The position numbers and the translations under genes are program-made. The notes under the pieces are model-generated. The model did not search any database. It was given only the letters and a program-made list of their open reading frames with translations, and was not told the origin of the DNA. Shown piece after piece: positions 16,008 through 26,595 of a stretch of 64,000 bases of DNA. Source of the stretch: Deltaproteobacteria bacterium (lineage in GTDB: Bacteria > Desulfobacterota > Deferrimicrobia > Deferrimicrobiales > Deferrimicrobiaceae); assembly GCA_016220005.1 (NCBI GenBank), contig JACRIV010000113.1, positions 6,059 through 70,058 on the forward strand, in the 5' to 3' direction. Positions within the stretch are counted from its first letter, which is position 1, and every line of letters begins with the position of its first letter.

Positions 16008-17708
16008 CTATCCGCGGAGAATCGACTGATACCGGGCGCGGAGGACATTTCGAGGCAGGCCGCCGGAGATGACATCCCAGGGGAAGCATTCGTCCGCCTC
16101 CTTTTCCCTGCAGACGATCTCGGAGAGGGGCACGGCGAGATTGCCGGGAAGGAGCTTGAGCCTTCCCTTGCGGGCGTGGCGCAGCGCCTGTTCCACCCGC
16201 CGATCGGAGAGGCCGAGGAAGCCCTGCAGGACGGCCGATACCGGAGCCTCGGGATCGATGCGCAGGTTCGGGATCGAACGAATGCCGTTGGCGATCCGCT
16301 CCTGGCGCCATCGCAGCTCCTCCTCCGGAACCATGGGCGCCCACTGCAACGGCGTGAAAGGCTTGGGCACGAAGGGCGACACGACCGCCGTTATGGTCCC
16401 CATCCTTCCCAGCTCCCTGCTTTCCGCGAGCACGGCGGCCCGGAAAGTCTTCAGGAAGGAGACGGCGCCTTCGATCTCCTGCTCCCTCTCCGCCCCCGGG
16501 ACACCCACGAGGAAGTAGAGCTTGAACGAGACGATCCCGGAGCGGACCAAGGTCTTCGCTGCGGAGAGGAAGACCTCGTCCTTCACCCGCTTACCGAGGC
16601 GGACTCTCAGGGATTCACTGCCGCACTCGGGCGCAAGGGCAACGGTCCTGTGCCCGCTGCGTTCCAGGATCTGCGCGATCTCCTCGTCCACCAGGTCGGC
16701 CCGGACGGAGGCGGGCGAAACGGCCCCTCCTCGATCGAGGACCTCCTTCGAGAATTCGCGGAAAGGACGCCAGTCGAGCACGGCGGCGCCGATCAGCCCG
16801 ATCTTGCGGCGATGTTCCCATGCCGCGTCGACTGCACCGCGGACGAAGGGGAGTGGGAACTCGCGGAACTCCGGGCAGGCGTGCGCCGCGGCGCAGAACC
16901 CGCACATCTTGGGGCAGCCGCGGGAGGTCTCCACCAGCGCCATCTTGCCCAGCTCGGCGTCCTCCGCAAGGACTGGTGGGATCGGCGGATACTTTTCAAG
17001 GGGGACCGCTTCCCGCACGACACACACCGGGAACCCGGGCAGGCTCTCCATCGCCTGCAGCCTGCCGGAACCCGGCGGATCGCCGGTGGCAGGATCGGCA
17101 TATCGCGGGACATATCCTGCGGGAACGTACACGCCGGGGATGGCGGCAAGCTCGCGCAGGTACCCCTCGTCCCCCGGACGGGGCGCGCCCAGGTCCAGGA
17201 TCGTCTCCACCGCCCTTTCGCCGTCGCCGATCACCACGGCATCGGCAAACGCGCCGGACGGCTCGGGGTTCAATGACGCCGCGAACCCCCCAGCAAGCAC
17301 CAGGGGACGCGGGCCGTCCCCGGAGGCCCTGTCCGAGCGAAACTGCGGGACGCCCCCCGCCGAAAGGATCGCCGGGAGGTGAAGCAGGTCGTTTTCGTAC
17401 GAGAGGGAAAAGGCGACGATGTCGAACGCCTTCAAGGGCGTGCCGCTCTCCAGCGTGGAAAGGGGAAGAGGCCGGCGCGCAAGGAGCCGCTCCTCGGCGC
17501 CGTCGGGCAGAAAGGCCCGCTCGCATAAGGCGTCGGGCCTTTTGTTGATCCGCGCATGGATGGAGAGGAAGCCCAGGTTCGACATCCCCGCGCCGTACCG
17601 GTTCGGGTAGACGAGCGCGACCCGGAGCCTGCCCCCCCATTCCTTGCGCACCGTCCCGACTTCGCGGGCCAGTACCGCCTCGTGCAGCTTCCGGATCTCC
17701 CAGCTCAT
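16008..17708 (-). CDS. radical SAM protein with N-terminal B12-binding-like domain (uncharacterised TIGR03960-like family)
   Basis: 566 aa from ATG 17708 (MSWEIRKLHEAVL..). N-terminal VALVYPNRYGAGMSNLGF. CxxxCxxC cluster SRGCPKMCGFC. Confidence 0.85.
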   Translation of the reverse strand: MSWEIRKLHEAVLAREVGTVRKEWGGRLRVALVYPNRYGAGMSNLGFLSIHARINKRPDALCERAFLPDGAEERLLARRPLPLSTLESGTPLKAFDIVAFSLSYENDLLHLPAILSAGGVPQFRSDRASGDGPRPLVLAGGFAASLNPEPSGAFADAVVIGDGERAVETILDLGAPRPGDEGYLRELAAIPGVYVPAGYVPRYADPATGDPPGSGRLQAMESLPGFPVCVVREAVPLEKYPPIPPVLAEDAELGKMALVETSRGCPKMCGFCAAAHACPEFREFPLPFVRGAVDAAWEHRRKIGLIGAAVLDWRPFREFSKEVLDRGGAVSPASVRADLVDEEIAQILERSGHRTVALAPECGSESLRVRLGKRVKDEVFLSAAKTLVRSGIVSFKLYFLVGVPGAEREQEIEGAVSFLKTFRAAVLAESRELGRMGTITAVVSPFVPKPFTPLQWAPMVPEEELRWRQERIANGIRSIPNLRIDPEAPVSAVLQGFLGLSDRRVEQALRHARKGRLKLLPGNLAVPLSEIVCREKEADECFPWDVISGGLPRNVLRARYQSILRG

Positions 17709-17728
17709 CGGGTCACCGCCAGGATGCG

Positions 17729-17890
17729 CGCGTGCGAGCCGCCGCAACGGGGTACCCTTCGCGGGGGCCTGAGCGACGCAGCGTAGACACGGATGTTGGA
17801 GCAAGGAGCGACGGAGCCGCCGCCCGTCCAGGGACGGACGGGCAAGGCGTCCCCCGCGAGGGGTACCCCGTGAGGCGAGCGTAGCACGCG
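17729..17890. repeat. Structured intergenic repeat A, copy 1 (162 nt)
   Basis: 155/162 identical to 58682-58843 in the same orientation. Contains a 21-bp stem (17747-17767 with 17851-17871) closed by CGCGTGC/GCACGCG ends. Lies between ftsZ and the radical SAM gene. Confidence 0.85.
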
Positions 17891-17908
17891 AGCTAAACGG
17901 GCCGCCGA

Positions 17909-19069
17909 TTACTCCCCCCGGCGGCGCAGGAAGGTGGGGATCTCGAACTCCTCCAGCGCCTCGATCTCGCTCTCCTTGTCGATGACCGGGAGGTCCTCGA
18001 TCCGCTCCGGCGGCCTCTGCTGCGCGGCGCGCAGGAACGCCGGCTTCTCCAGGTCCTCCTTGCCCACCAGCTTGATCGTGCGGCGCGGCCCCTTCCAGAG
18101 GCTCTCCGCCACTCCCGGCTCGAAGCCGGTCGCGATGACCGTCACCTTCAGCTCGTCGTCCATCGTCTCGTCGATGACGGTCCCGAAGATGATGTTCGCC
18201 TCGTCGTCGGCCTCCTCCTGGACCAGGCTCGCCGCCTCGTGCACCTCGCTCAAGGAGAGGGACGCCCCCGCGGTGATGTTGATCAGCACGCCGCGCGCCC
18301 CTCGTATCGAGACGTCTTCGAGGAGGGGGCTGGAGATCGCCTTCTCCGCCGCGGCCACGGCCCGGTTTTGCCCGGAGGCGCACCCGGTGCCCATCAGCGC
18401 CACGCCCATCCCCGACATGATCGTCTTGACGTCCGCGAAGTCCAGGTTGATGTACCCCGGCTTGGTCACCAGCTCCGAGATCCCCCGGACCGCCTGGAAC
18501 AGCACCTCGTCGACCTTCCGGAACGCCTCCACGAACCGCATCTCCTTCCCGGCGATGAGGAGGAGCTTCTCGTTCGGGATCACGATGATCGTGTCCACGA
18601 GGCTGCGCAGGTCCTTGACTCCCACCTCGGCCTGGCGCCGCCGCGTGGAGCCTTCGAAGGTGAACGGGCGGGTCACCACCGCGACCGACAGCGCCCCCAC
18701 CTCCTTGGCGACCTCGGCCACGACGGGCCCTGCGCCGGTTCCGGTCCCGCCGCCCAGGCCCGCGGTGATGAACACCATGTCGGCGCCGCCGAGCGCCTCC
18801 CGAAGCAAGTCCCGGTCCTCAAGGGCCGCCTGGCGGCCGATGTCGGGATTGGCCCCAGCCCCCAGTCCCTTGGTCAGCCTCGCCCCGAGCTGGATCTTCA
18901 GGGGAGCCAGGTTTCTCGAGAGGGCCTGCGCGTCCGTGTTGGCCGCGATGAACTCCACCCCCGAGAGCCCTTCCTCGATCATAGTGTTGATGGCGTTGCC
19001 GCCGCCGCCCCCCACGCCGAGCACCTTGATGACGGCGTGGCAGCGGTTTTCCTCGACGAGCGTGAACAT
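17909..19069 (-). CDS. ftsZ: cell division protein FtsZ
   Basis: 386 aa with tubulin signature [18 protein letters not shown]. Confidence 0.97.
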   Translation of the reverse strand: MFTLVEENRCHAVIKVLGVGGGGGNAINTMIEEGLSGVEFIAANTDAQALSRNLAPLKIQLGARLTKGLGAGANPDIGRQAALEDRDLLREALGGADMVFITAGLGGGTGTGAGPVVAEVAKEVGALSVAVVTRPFTFEGSTRRRQAEVGVKDLRSLVDTIIVIPNEKLLLIAGKEMRFVEAFRKVDEVLFQAVRGISELVTKPGYINLDFADVKTIMSGMGVALMGTGCASGQNRAVAAAEKAISSPLLEDVSIRGARGVLINITAGASLSLSEVHEAASLVQEEADDEANIIFGTVIDETMDDELKVTVIATGFEPGVAESLWKGPRRTIKLVGKEDLEKPAFLRAAQQRPPERIEDLPVIDKESEIEALEEFEIPTFLRRRGE

Positions 19070-19094
19070 GGTGACCTCCTTCCTGGTTCCCGTA

Positions 19095-20324
19095 TTAAAA
19101 AAGGTCCGTAAGCATGCGCTTGAAACGTTGGAGCAGTCCGCCCTCCTCCTGCGCCCCCCCCCGCTCGATACCGCTCTCGGCCAGGCTCGACCCGTAAAGC
19201 GTCAGGCCGACGCCCGAGGCGAACGTAGGGCTGCCTACCAGTTCCACGAGCCCCCCGATCCCGATGGGGGACCCCCGCCGGACCGGGAGCTGGAAGACCC
19301 GCTCGCCCAGCTCCGGAAGCCCGTCGAGCAGCGAACCGCCGCCGGTCAGGACGACGCCCGCCCCGAGCATCTCCTCGAACCCCGACCGGAGGATCTCCTT
19401 CCGCAGGAGAGTGAAGATCTCCTCCGCCCGAGGCTCGATGATCTCGCTCAGGTATTGCCGGCGGATCGGGCGCGGGTGCCGGCCGCCCACTCCGGGAAGC
19501 TCCACCAGCTCGTCCCTGCGGACCTTCTGTATCATGGCGCTCCCGGAGGCCTTCTTTAAGGCCTCGGCGTCCGCCCAGGGGACCTTGAGCCCGATGGCTA
19601 CGTCCGCGGTGATGTTCCCTCCCCCGAGGGGAAGGACGAAGGTGTGCCGCAGGGCGCCGTCGTAGAAGACCGCCATCTCGACGGTCCCTCCCCCGACGTC
19701 GAGGAGGACCACTCCCACCTCCCGCTCCTCCGGCGTCAGCACCGCGTTCGCGGACACGAGGGGGCTCAAGGCGAGGTCCTCCACGGTGAGCTCAGCCTTC
19801 TCGACGCACCGGACGAGGTTGCGGGTGCCGGGGACGTCGTCGGTCACCACGTGCACGCGGGCGTCCAGCCGGATCCCGGTGATGCCGAGCGGGTCCTTGA
19901 TCCCCCCCATGTCGTCGACGATGAATTCCTGCGTCAGGACGTGAAGGATCTCCCGGTCGTTGGGCAGCTCGACCGCCTTGGCGAGCTCGAGGACCCTCGC
20001 CACGTCCGCCTCGGTCACCTCGCGCTCGTTGCGGACCGATATCGCCGCGTGGCTGTTGAACGACTTGATCAGCGGGCCCGACACGCCGACGAAAACGGAC
20101 TCGATCGAGACCCCCGTCATCTTTTCCGCGTCGGCCACGCTCTGGCGGATCGAGCTGACCGTGGCGTCCACGTTCACCACGGCTCCCTTCCGCATGCCCT
20201 CGGTCGGGCAGACGCCCACGCCCAGGATCTCCAGCCCCTCGGGCGCCCTTCTCGCCACGACCGTGGCGACCTTGGTGGAGCCGATGTCCAGCCCGGCGAT
20301 CACCGGTCCCGAAATAGTTTCCAT
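19095..20324 (-). CDS. ftsA: cell division protein FtsA
   Basis: 409 aa, actin-like ATPase ([21 protein letters not shown]). Confidence 0.95.
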   Translation of the reverse strand: METISGPVIAGLDIGSTKVATVVARRAPEGLEILGVGVCPTEGMRKGAVVNVDATVSSIRQSVADAEKMTGVSIESVFVGVSGPLIKSFNSHAAISVRNEREVTEADVARVLELAKAVELPNDREILHVLTQEFIVDDMGGIKDPLGITGIRLDARVHVVTDDVPGTRNLVRCVEKAELTVEDLALSPLVSANAVLTPEEREVGVVLLDVGGGTVEMAVFYDGALRHTFVLPLGGGNITADVAIGLKVPWADAEALKKASGSAMIQKVRRDELVELPGVGGRHPRPIRRQYLSEIIEPRAEEIFTLLRKEILRSGFEEMLGAGVVLTGGGSLLDGLPELGERVFQLPVRRGSPIGIGGLVELVGSPTFASGVGLTLYGSSLAESGIERGGAQEEGGLLQRFKRMLTDLF

Positions 20325-21167
20325 CTATTCCCCCGGCCGCACGAAGATTCGGCCCGCCGTCTTGAGATCGACCACCCCCCGCGCCTGCCCTACGCTCGAG
20401 AGCTTCGGCATCGCCTCCTCGATCCTGCGCATCGCCTCGCGGAAATCCATCATGCCGATCTTGAGCTGCAACGCGGAATCCCTCGTCACGATCGTGTACC
20501 CCTCCTGGGCATCGAAGTGGACCTCGGAGACGTTCTGGCGGAGGACCCCCGAATCGGTGCAGCGCAGCAGCTCCAGGGTCTTCTTAAGGTTCTGGAGCGT
20601 GACCGCGTCCCGCGCCGAGAGCTCGCCCTGCGAGAAGCCGGTGACGATCGGGAAGTTCTTCGGGTCGTAGGCGGTGAGCCGCTTGAAGATCTTCCCCTCG
20701 TCGTCCACGTAATAGAGCGCGTCCAGGTTGATCATCGCCGCGGGCTTCCTTTCGTCGATGCGCACCACGAGCCGGTCCGGGAGCGCCTTGCGCACCGACA
20801 CGCTCCGCACCCAGGGATGGGACAGCAGCCGCCGGCCGATGTCCCGCGAAGAGAGGGACCAGATGTTACCCTGCGGCGCGCCCGAGAGGATCCCCGAGAC
20901 CTCGTCCTTCGCCACGTAGACGCACGGGTTCATGTCGATGTCGCGGACGGAAAAGAGGCTCGAACGGCCGAGCCAGGAGTAGACCGCCGCCCCCGCCGCC
21001 GTGACTAGCACCACGGCCAGGATCGCTGCGGCGATCGGGAGCACCTGCCGGAAGTTGATCCGCGCCGCCCTGGGGCCTTTCTCCTTCCCCTTCTTCCGCG
21101 CGGCGTGGGCCCCCTTCGACCTTTTCTTCCCGAGCGACTTCTTGTGGTAGGCCTTGTACTCGATCAC
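20325..21167 (-). CDS. ftsQ: cell division protein FtsQ
   Basis: 280 aa with GTG start directly after the ddl stop. Basic N-terminus, single TM, POTRA-like region. dcw position supports the call. Confidence 0.85.
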   Translation of the reverse strand: MIEYKAYHKKSLGKKRSKGAHAARKKGKEKGPRAARINFRQVLPIAAAILAVVLVTAAGAAVYSWLGRSSLFSVRDIDMNPCVYVAKDEVSGILSGAPQGNIWSLSSRDIGRRLLSHPWVRSVSVRKALPDRLVVRIDERKPAAMINLDALYYVDDEGKIFKRLTAYDPKNFPIVTGFSQGELSARDAVTLQNLKKTLELLRCTDSGVLRQNVSEVHFDAQEGYTIVTRDSALQLKIGMMDFREAMRRIEEAMPKLSSVGQARGVVDLKTAGRIFVRPGE

Positions 21168-22103
21168 CTATTTCGTAAGCCCCGCATCGTCCAGGATCTC
21201 CTCGACGAGATCGTCGAAGGTCATGCCGTCGAACTTCGCCGCCTTCGGCAAGAGGCTGGTCTCGGTCATCCCGGGGATCGTGTTCGCCTCGAGGAAGAAC
21301 AGGTTGCCCGCCGGGTCCACCCGATAATCGAGCCTGGCCGCGCCCCGCAACTGGAGCGCCAGGGCGCCCCGCTTCGTGAACTCCGCCGCCCGCATCAGGA
21401 TGTCCCGGTCCATCGGTACGGGGATGACGTACTCCGTCTGCCCCGCCGTGTACTTGGAGCGATAGTCGTAAAACCCCGAGCCGGACTTCGGGACGATCTC
21501 GATCGCCGGAAGAACCCTGCCGTTCAGGATTCCCACCGTGATCTCCCGCCCCGGCACGTACGCCTCCACCAGGATCCGGCTGTCGAACTTCCGTGCTTCC
21601 TCGATGGCGGCCTCCCACCCTTCCGGCGCCCGGACGATGCTCACGCCGACCGTGGACCCTTCGCGGTCGGGCTTCACGACGAGCGGGAAGCCGAAGCCGG
21701 GAGGGGCCGGCGCGGCCGGCGCATCTCCCTCGATCAGGACGTCCGGCGCGACGGGGACCCCCGCGGCGGCCGCCACGCGCTTGGCCAGCGCCTTGCTCAT
21801 CGAGAGCGCGGAGGCGGCGACGCCGGACCCGGTGTAAGGAACCCGTGCCAGCTCCAGCGCCCCCTGGATGCAGCCGTCCTCGCCGAACCGCCCGTGAAGG
21901 GCGATGAACGCGACGTCCACCTTCGCCTCCCGGATCGCCGCGAGCCAGTCCCCCCGGATGTCGATCTCCCGGACGTCGTACCCCATGCGGCGCAGGGCGG
22001 AGACCGCCGCGCCGCCCGTGCGCAGCGACACCTCCCGCTCGGAGGACTCCCCCCCCAAAAACACCCCCACCGTCTTTCCGCGGAACCTCCCCCGCTCAGG
22101 CAT
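21168..22103 (-). CDS. ddl: D-alanine--D-alanine ligase
   Basis: 311 aa, ATP-grasp. VGVFLGGESSEREVSL and FLEANTIPGMTETS motifs. Confidence 0.95.
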   Translation of the reverse strand: MPERGRFRGKTVGVFLGGESSEREVSLRTGGAAVSALRRMGYDVREIDIRGDWLAAIREAKVDVAFIALHGRFGEDGCIQGALELARVPYTGSGVAASALSMSKALAKRVAAAAGVPVAPDVLIEGDAPAAPAPPGFGFPLVVKPDREGSTVGVSIVRAPEGWEAAIEEARKFDSRILVEAYVPGREITVGILNGRVLPAIEIVPKSGSGFYDYRSKYTAGQTEYVIPVPMDRDILMRAAEFTKRGALALQLRGAARLDYRVDPAGNLFFLEANTIPGMTETSLLPKAAKFDGMTFDDLVEEILDDAGLTK

Positions 22104-22992
22104 CGAAGGCGCCCCACATCTTGACTTCCAGGGCGAGCTCGACGCCCGCGAGCTCCCGTACTTTCTCCCGGCCCCGCCGGATGAGCCGCACCGCGTCGGA
22201 GGCGCTGGCCCGTCCCACGTTGATGAGGAAGTTGGCGTGCTTCTCGGAGAAGATCGCGTCGCCTTCCCTCGCTCCCTTCATGCTGGCCCGGTCGAGCAGG
22301 CGGCCCGCGCTTTCATGATCGGCGGGGTTGCGGAACGTGGACCCGAAGGAGCGCTCCCCCCAAGGCTGGCTGGCCCGGCGCTTTTCGTTCAGCGTCTTCA
22401 TCCGTTCGAACACCTTGTCCGGCGCGGCGGCGGCCAGGCGGAACCCAACGCGGGCGATCACCCCCTGCACGGGGAACTCCGTCTCCCGGTAGACGAGGCG
22501 GATCTCCCGGTTCTCGAGGCGGTGCAGCCCCCCTTCCCGGTCCACGATTTCCACCCACTCGATGATCTCCCCGATGTACCGCCCGTACGCCCCGGCGTTC
22601 ATCGTGGTCGCTCCCCCCACGGTGCCGGGGATTCCCGCCAGCTCCTCCGCGCCGGAGAGGCCGGAGAGGGCGCACAATACCGCGAACCGGGGGAGCATCG
22701 TCCCCCCTTCCGCGATCACCGATCCCCCCGAAGAGAAGAGCATCTTCCCCATGTTTTTCTTGAGGCACAGCACCGTCCCGCGGACCCCGCCGTCGGAGAC
22801 GAGGAGGTTGCTCCCCGCGCCCAGGGGGCGCACCTCCCTCCCCTCCTCCCGCTCCGCCTTGAGGACCTCCTGGATCTCCTGGCCGGAGCGGGGGAAGACC
22901 ATCCTGTCCGCGCTCCCGCCGATCCCGACGGTCGTGAAGTCGCGCAGCTTGGCGCCGAAGACCTCCTCGACCTTCGCCCTGGCGCCGCCCAT
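22096..22992 (-). CDS. murB: UDP-N-acetylenolpyruvoylglucosamine reductase
   Basis: 298 aa from ATG 22992 (GAAAGG RBS, 22 nt after the murC stop). TTVGIGGSAD and GAGSNLLV motifs. An alternative ATG at 23052 would overlap murC by 38 nt. Confidence 0.85.
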   Translation of the reverse strand: MGGARAKVEEVFGAKLRDFTTVGIGGSADRMVFPRSGQEIQEVLKAEREEGREVRPLGAGSNLLVSDGGVRGTVLCLKKNMGKMLFSSGGSVIAEGGTMLPRFAVLCALSGLSGAEELAGIPGTVGGATTMNAGAYGRYIGEIIEWVEIVDREGGLHRLENREIRLVYRETEFPVQGVIARVGFRLAAAAPDKVFERMKTLNEKRRASQPWGERSFGSTFRNPADHESAGRLLDRASMKGAREGDAIFSEKHANFLINVGRASASDAVRLIRRGREKVRELAGVELALEVKMWGAFDA

Positions 22993-23014
22993 CCGCGTGC
23001 CTTTCGCCCGGCCG

Positions 23015-24382
23015 TTAACCGGACAGTACGCTTTCTCCCAGTTTCCAGACATCGCCGGCCCCCATCGTAAGGAATATATCACCGGGGCGAAGCTGCGGGA
23101 CGAGCGCCTCCCGCGCGTCCGCAGCCTTGCCCGCGAAGATAGCCGCCTTGTGCCCGTGCTCGCCGATCGCCTTGCAGAGGCGCTCCCCGGTGGCCCCGGG
23201 GATCGGCTCCTCCCCGGCCGGGTAGACGTCGAAGACGAAGAGCAGGTCCGCGTCGTTGAAGGCGGACGCGAAGTCCCGGAAGAGCGCCTGGGTCCGGGAG
23301 TACCGGTGGGGCTGGAACCCCACGACGATCCGCCGGCCCGGCCACACCTCCCTCGCCGCGGCAAGGGTCGCACGGACCTCGGCGGGGTGGTGGCCGTAAT
23401 CGTCGACGACCGTCACCCCTTCCCGCTCCCCTTTCACCTGGAACCGCCTTGCAACGCCGCCGTAATCGGAAAGCCCCTCACGGATCCGGTCGAAGGGGAT
23501 CCCCAGCTCCGACGCCACAGCGACGGCGGCCAAGGCATTGCTCACGTTGTGCCGGCCGGGCGCCCGCAGCGCCACATCGCCCAGCGGCTCCCCGCGGCGG
23601 ATCACCCGGAACCGGTTGCTCATCCCCTCCGGCACGATCCCCTCGGCGCGGTAGTCGGCGAGGAGCGAGAAGCCGTACGTGACGAAGGTCTTCGCCATGG
23701 AGGGGATCAGCTCCTGCACGTTCGGGTGGTCGATGCACAGCACGGCGAAGCCGTAAAAGGGGACCTTGTTGACGAAGTGGAGGAAGGTCTCCTTGATCTG
23801 CCCGATCCCCGAATAGTAGTCCAGGTGTTCCGGGTCGATGTTGGTCACCACCGCCACGGTGGGCGACAGGCGGAGGAACGAGCCGTCGCTCTCGTCGGCC
23901 TCGGCGACCAGGAACTCCCCCTGCCCGAGCTTGGCGTTGGATCCCAGGCTGTTCAGCTTTCCCCCGACGACGGCGGTGGGGTCCCAGCCCGCGGCGGCGA
24001 GGACCGTGGCCACCATGGAAGTAGTAGTCGTCTTGCCGTGCGTCCCGGCGATGGCGATCCCGTACTTCATCCGCATCAGCTCGGCCAGCATCTCTGCGCG
24101 GGGGATGACGGGGATCTTCCTGTGATGCGCCTCGACCACTTCCGGGTTGTCCGGCTTGACGGCCGAGGAGACGACGACCACGTGCCCGTCGGCGGGGACG
24201 TTCTCCGCCGCGTGCCCCACCCGGATCTCGGCGCCCAGGCGGGCGAGCCGGTCGGTCGTGTCGGAGCGCCGCAGGTCCGAGCCGGCCACCCGGTATCCGA
24301 GGTTGAGCAGAAGCTCCGCGATCCCGCTCATCCCTATCCCGCCGATGCCGACGAAATGGATGCGCAACCCCTTCCTATACAC
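23015..24382 (-). CDS. murC: UDP-N-acetylmuramate--L-alanine ligase
   Basis: 455 aa from GTG 24382 ([25 protein letters not shown]). [10 protein letters not shown]-loop. The start overlaps the murG end by 8 nt. Confidence 0.9.
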   Translation of the reverse strand: MYRKGLRIHFVGIGGIGMSGIAELLLNLGYRVAGSDLRRSDTTDRLARLGAEIRVGHAAENVPADGHVVVVSSAVKPDNPEVVEAHHRKIPVIPRAEMLAELMRMKYGIAIAGTHGKTTTTSMVATVLAAAGWDPTAVVGGKLNSLGSNAKLGQGEFLVAEADESDGSFLRLSPTVAVVTNIDPEHLDYYSGIGQIKETFLHFVNKVPFYGFAVLCIDHPNVQELIPSMAKTFVTYGFSLLADYRAEGIVPEGMSNRFRVIRRGEPLGDVALRAPGRHNVSNALAAVAVASELGIPFDRIREGLSDYGGVARRFQVKGEREGVTVVDDYGHHPAEVRATLAAAREVWPGRRIVVGFQPHRYSRTQALFRDFASAFNDADLLFVFDVYPAGEEPIPGATGERLCKAIGEHGHKAAIFAGKAADAREALVPQLRPGDIFLTMGAGDVWKLGESVLSG

Positions 24383-25484
24383 GGGATGCCTCCCGTTTCC
24401 CCAACTGCGCAAGCGCTGAGCGGACGATCTCCAGGGCGGCGTCCGGCCGGGAGAACCGCGCGGCGGCCTCCCCGGCGGCGGTCCGGCGGGCGGGATCGGC
24501 GGCGAACGCATCGAGCGCCGCCAGGACCCGCTCCGCGGTCGCCTCCTCCTGCCGCAGAAAGACGCCCGCCCCCGCGGCGCAAAACTCCTCGGCGTTCTTC
24601 TCCTGGTGTCGGTCGGCGGCGAACGGATAGGGGATGAGAACGCAGGGCTTTCCGAAGAGGGCGGCCTCCGCGATCGACAGCGCCCCCGCCCGCATGAGCA
24701 CCGCGTGGCAGCGATCGAACTCTTCCGCCATCCGGTCGGTGAACGGGAACGGCTCGACCGGGAGCCCCACCTCCCGAATCGTCTTTTCGACCGTCTCGAA
24801 CCCGCTTCGCCCCGTCTGCAGGATGAACCGCATCTCCCGCCCTTCTTCCTTCACCCGCCTGGCCATCTCGACGACCAGGTCGTTGATCGCCCGCGCCCCC
24901 TGCGATCCCCCGAACGCGAAAACCGAGAAGGGAGCTTCGGGGAGGTCCCTCCTCCGCGACCCGGCGGCCGCGACGATCTCCCGCCGGACGGGATTTCCCG
25001 TCACCTCCACGCGCCCGGGAGGGAAGTACGCGGCGGCCTCACGGAAGCCGGCATAGACCCGCCTGGCGGTCCTGCCCAGCAGACGGTTCGCCCGGCCGGG
25101 AACCGCGTTCTGCTCCTGCAGGAACAGAGGGACGCCGCGCAGGGTCGCCGACAGGGCGACCGGCACGGAGGCGTAGCCGCCGACGCCGATCACGAAGTCC
25201 GGCCGGGGGCGCCGCGCCACCACGCGGTCCGCCGCGAGCAGCCCCATCGCCATCTTCAGCAGTCCGAGCACTCCCCTCGCTCCTTTTCCGCGGACCTGGC
25301 CCGCGGGCACGAAATCGATCCGGAACCCCCGCGCCGGGACCGCCCCGGCTTCCAAGCCTCCTGCCGTCCCCACGAAGGAAACCTCGCCGTCAGGACACAG
25401 GGAGAGAAACGCTTCCGCAAGCGCTATCCCCGGAAAAACGTGCCCGCCGGTACCCCCGCCCGCGATGATCAGACGCAGCGACAA
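24375..25484 (-). CDS. murG: undecaprenyldiphospho-muramoylpentapeptide beta-N-acetylglucosaminyltransferase
   Basis: 369 aa with TTG start. [18 protein letters not shown] motif. Confidence 0.92.
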   Translation of the reverse strand: MSLRLIIAGGGTGGHVFPGIALAEAFLSLCPDGEVSFVGTAGGLEAGAVPARGFRIDFVPAGQVRGKGARGVLGLLKMAMGLLAADRVVARRPRPDFVIGVGGYASVPVALSATLRGVPLFLQEQNAVPGRANRLLGRTARRVYAGFREAAAYFPPGRVEVTGNPVRREIVAAAGSRRRDLPEAPFSVFAFGGSQGARAINDLVVEMARRVKEEGREMRFILQTGRSGFETVEKTIREVGLPVEPFPFTDRMAEEFDRCHAVLMRAGALSIAEAALFGKPCVLIPYPFAADRHQEKNAEEFCAAGAGVFLRQEEATAERVLAALDAFAADPARRTAAGEAAARFSRPDAALEIVRSALAQLGKREASRV

Positions 25485-26595
25485 AACCTTCCGCCCCTTT
25501 CATCGAGATGTTGATCAGGACCCCCATCGCCGCAAGGTGCAGGATCAGGGAGCTCCCCCCGTAGCTCAGGAACGGCAGCACCATCCCCTTGGGAGGGAGC
25601 ATCTTAAGCCCCACCATCATGTTCATGAGGGCCTGGATGCCGATCACCGAAGACACCCCCATCGCCAGGTATTTCCCGAAAAGATCCCGGGCGCGCCGGG
25701 CGATCCGGAACCCCACCCACACCATCGTGAGGTAGCAGGCGCCCACGGCCACGACCCCGGCGAACCCCAGCTCCTCCCCGATGACGGAGAAGATGTAGTC
25801 GGTGTGCATCTCGGGGAGGTAGAAGAGCTTCTGCTTCCCGGCGCCTATCCCCGATCCCAGGAGCCCCCCGTTCGAGAAGGCGATCAGGGACTGGACGACC
25901 TGGTAGCCGGCCGCCTGGGCCTGGGAGAAAGGATCGATGAACGCTTTCAGCCGTATCAGGCGGTACGGCTTGGTGGCGATGAGGTAGGCGACTCCCGCCA
26001 GACCCGCGGCAACGGCGCCCGCCAGGTACTTCCAGGGGAACCCGGCGATGAAAAGGATCGCCATGAAAGACGCGACGATGACGACCGCCATCCCGAAGTC
26101 GGGCTCCTTGAGGATCGCCGCAACGAAGGCCCCCATCACCGCCAGCATCGGCAGGAAGACGCGGAATCCCTCCTTGGGGTTCTCCCCCTTCCGGTCGATG
26201 GCGTAGGCCGCGAAGGCAAGGAGCACGAACTTTGCGAGTTCCGAGGGCTGGAAGGTGAAAACCCGGAGGTTGATCCACCGGGAGGCCCCGTTCGCCGTAT
26301 GGCGGATCCCCGGGATGAAGACGAGGAAGAGGAGCACGAAGGTCCCGGCCAGGATGAACCCGATCCGGCGGCGGTAGAAGTCGTAGTCGATCCGAGTAAG
26401 CAGCACCGCCAGGGAGACGCCCACCGCGAAGAAGAGGACCTGCCGCTTGAAGAAGTAGGCCGCATCGTACCCGAAGCGCGGAGAGGACCCGGCCGTCACG
26501 GAGGTCGCGCTGTAAACCATCACCATCCCCAGCACCGCCAGGATCAGGGTGCAGAGGGAGAGGATCAGGTTCTCGTGCCGCTTGCCGAGGTTCAT
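25390..26595 (-). CDS. ftsW: SEDS-family peptidoglycan glycosyltransferase FtsW
   Basis: 401 aa from ATG 26595 (ATGA overlap with murD). Multi-TM with PSELAKF and LPFLSYGGSS motifs. The 3' end overlaps murG by 95 nt. Confidence 0.88.
   Translation of the reverse strand: MNLGKRHENLILSLCTLILAVLGMVMVYSATSVTAGSSPRFGYDAAYFFKRQVLFFAVGVSLAVLLTRIDYDFYRRRIGFILAGTFVLLFLVFIPGIRHTANGASRWINLRVFTFQPSELAKFVLLAFAAYAIDRKGENPKEGFRVFLPMLAVMGAFVAAILKEPDFGMAVVIVASFMAILFIAGFPWKYLAGAVAAGLAGVAYLIATKPYRLIRLKAFIDPFSQAQAAGYQVVQSLIAFSNGGLLGSGIGAGKQKLFYLPEMHTDYIFSVIGEELGFAGVVAVGACYLTMVWVGFRIARRARDLFGKYLAMGVSSVIGIQALMNMMVGLKMLPPKGMVLPFLSYGGSSLILHLAAMGVLINISMKGAEGFVAASDHRGRGYRRARFSGDSACGSVSLPVS

Noticed and set aside
17729-17890. 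Repeat A as a CRISPR repeat, tRNA-like element, integron attC site, group II intron fragment or MITE
   Set aside because: - Only two copies lie in the window, 41 kb apart, with no spacer periodicity.
- It has no cloverleaf.
- It lacks the RYYYAAC/GTTRRRY attC cores and any domain V-like motif.
- I could identify no target-site duplication.
- No transposase, integrase or reverse transcriptase gene lies nearby.
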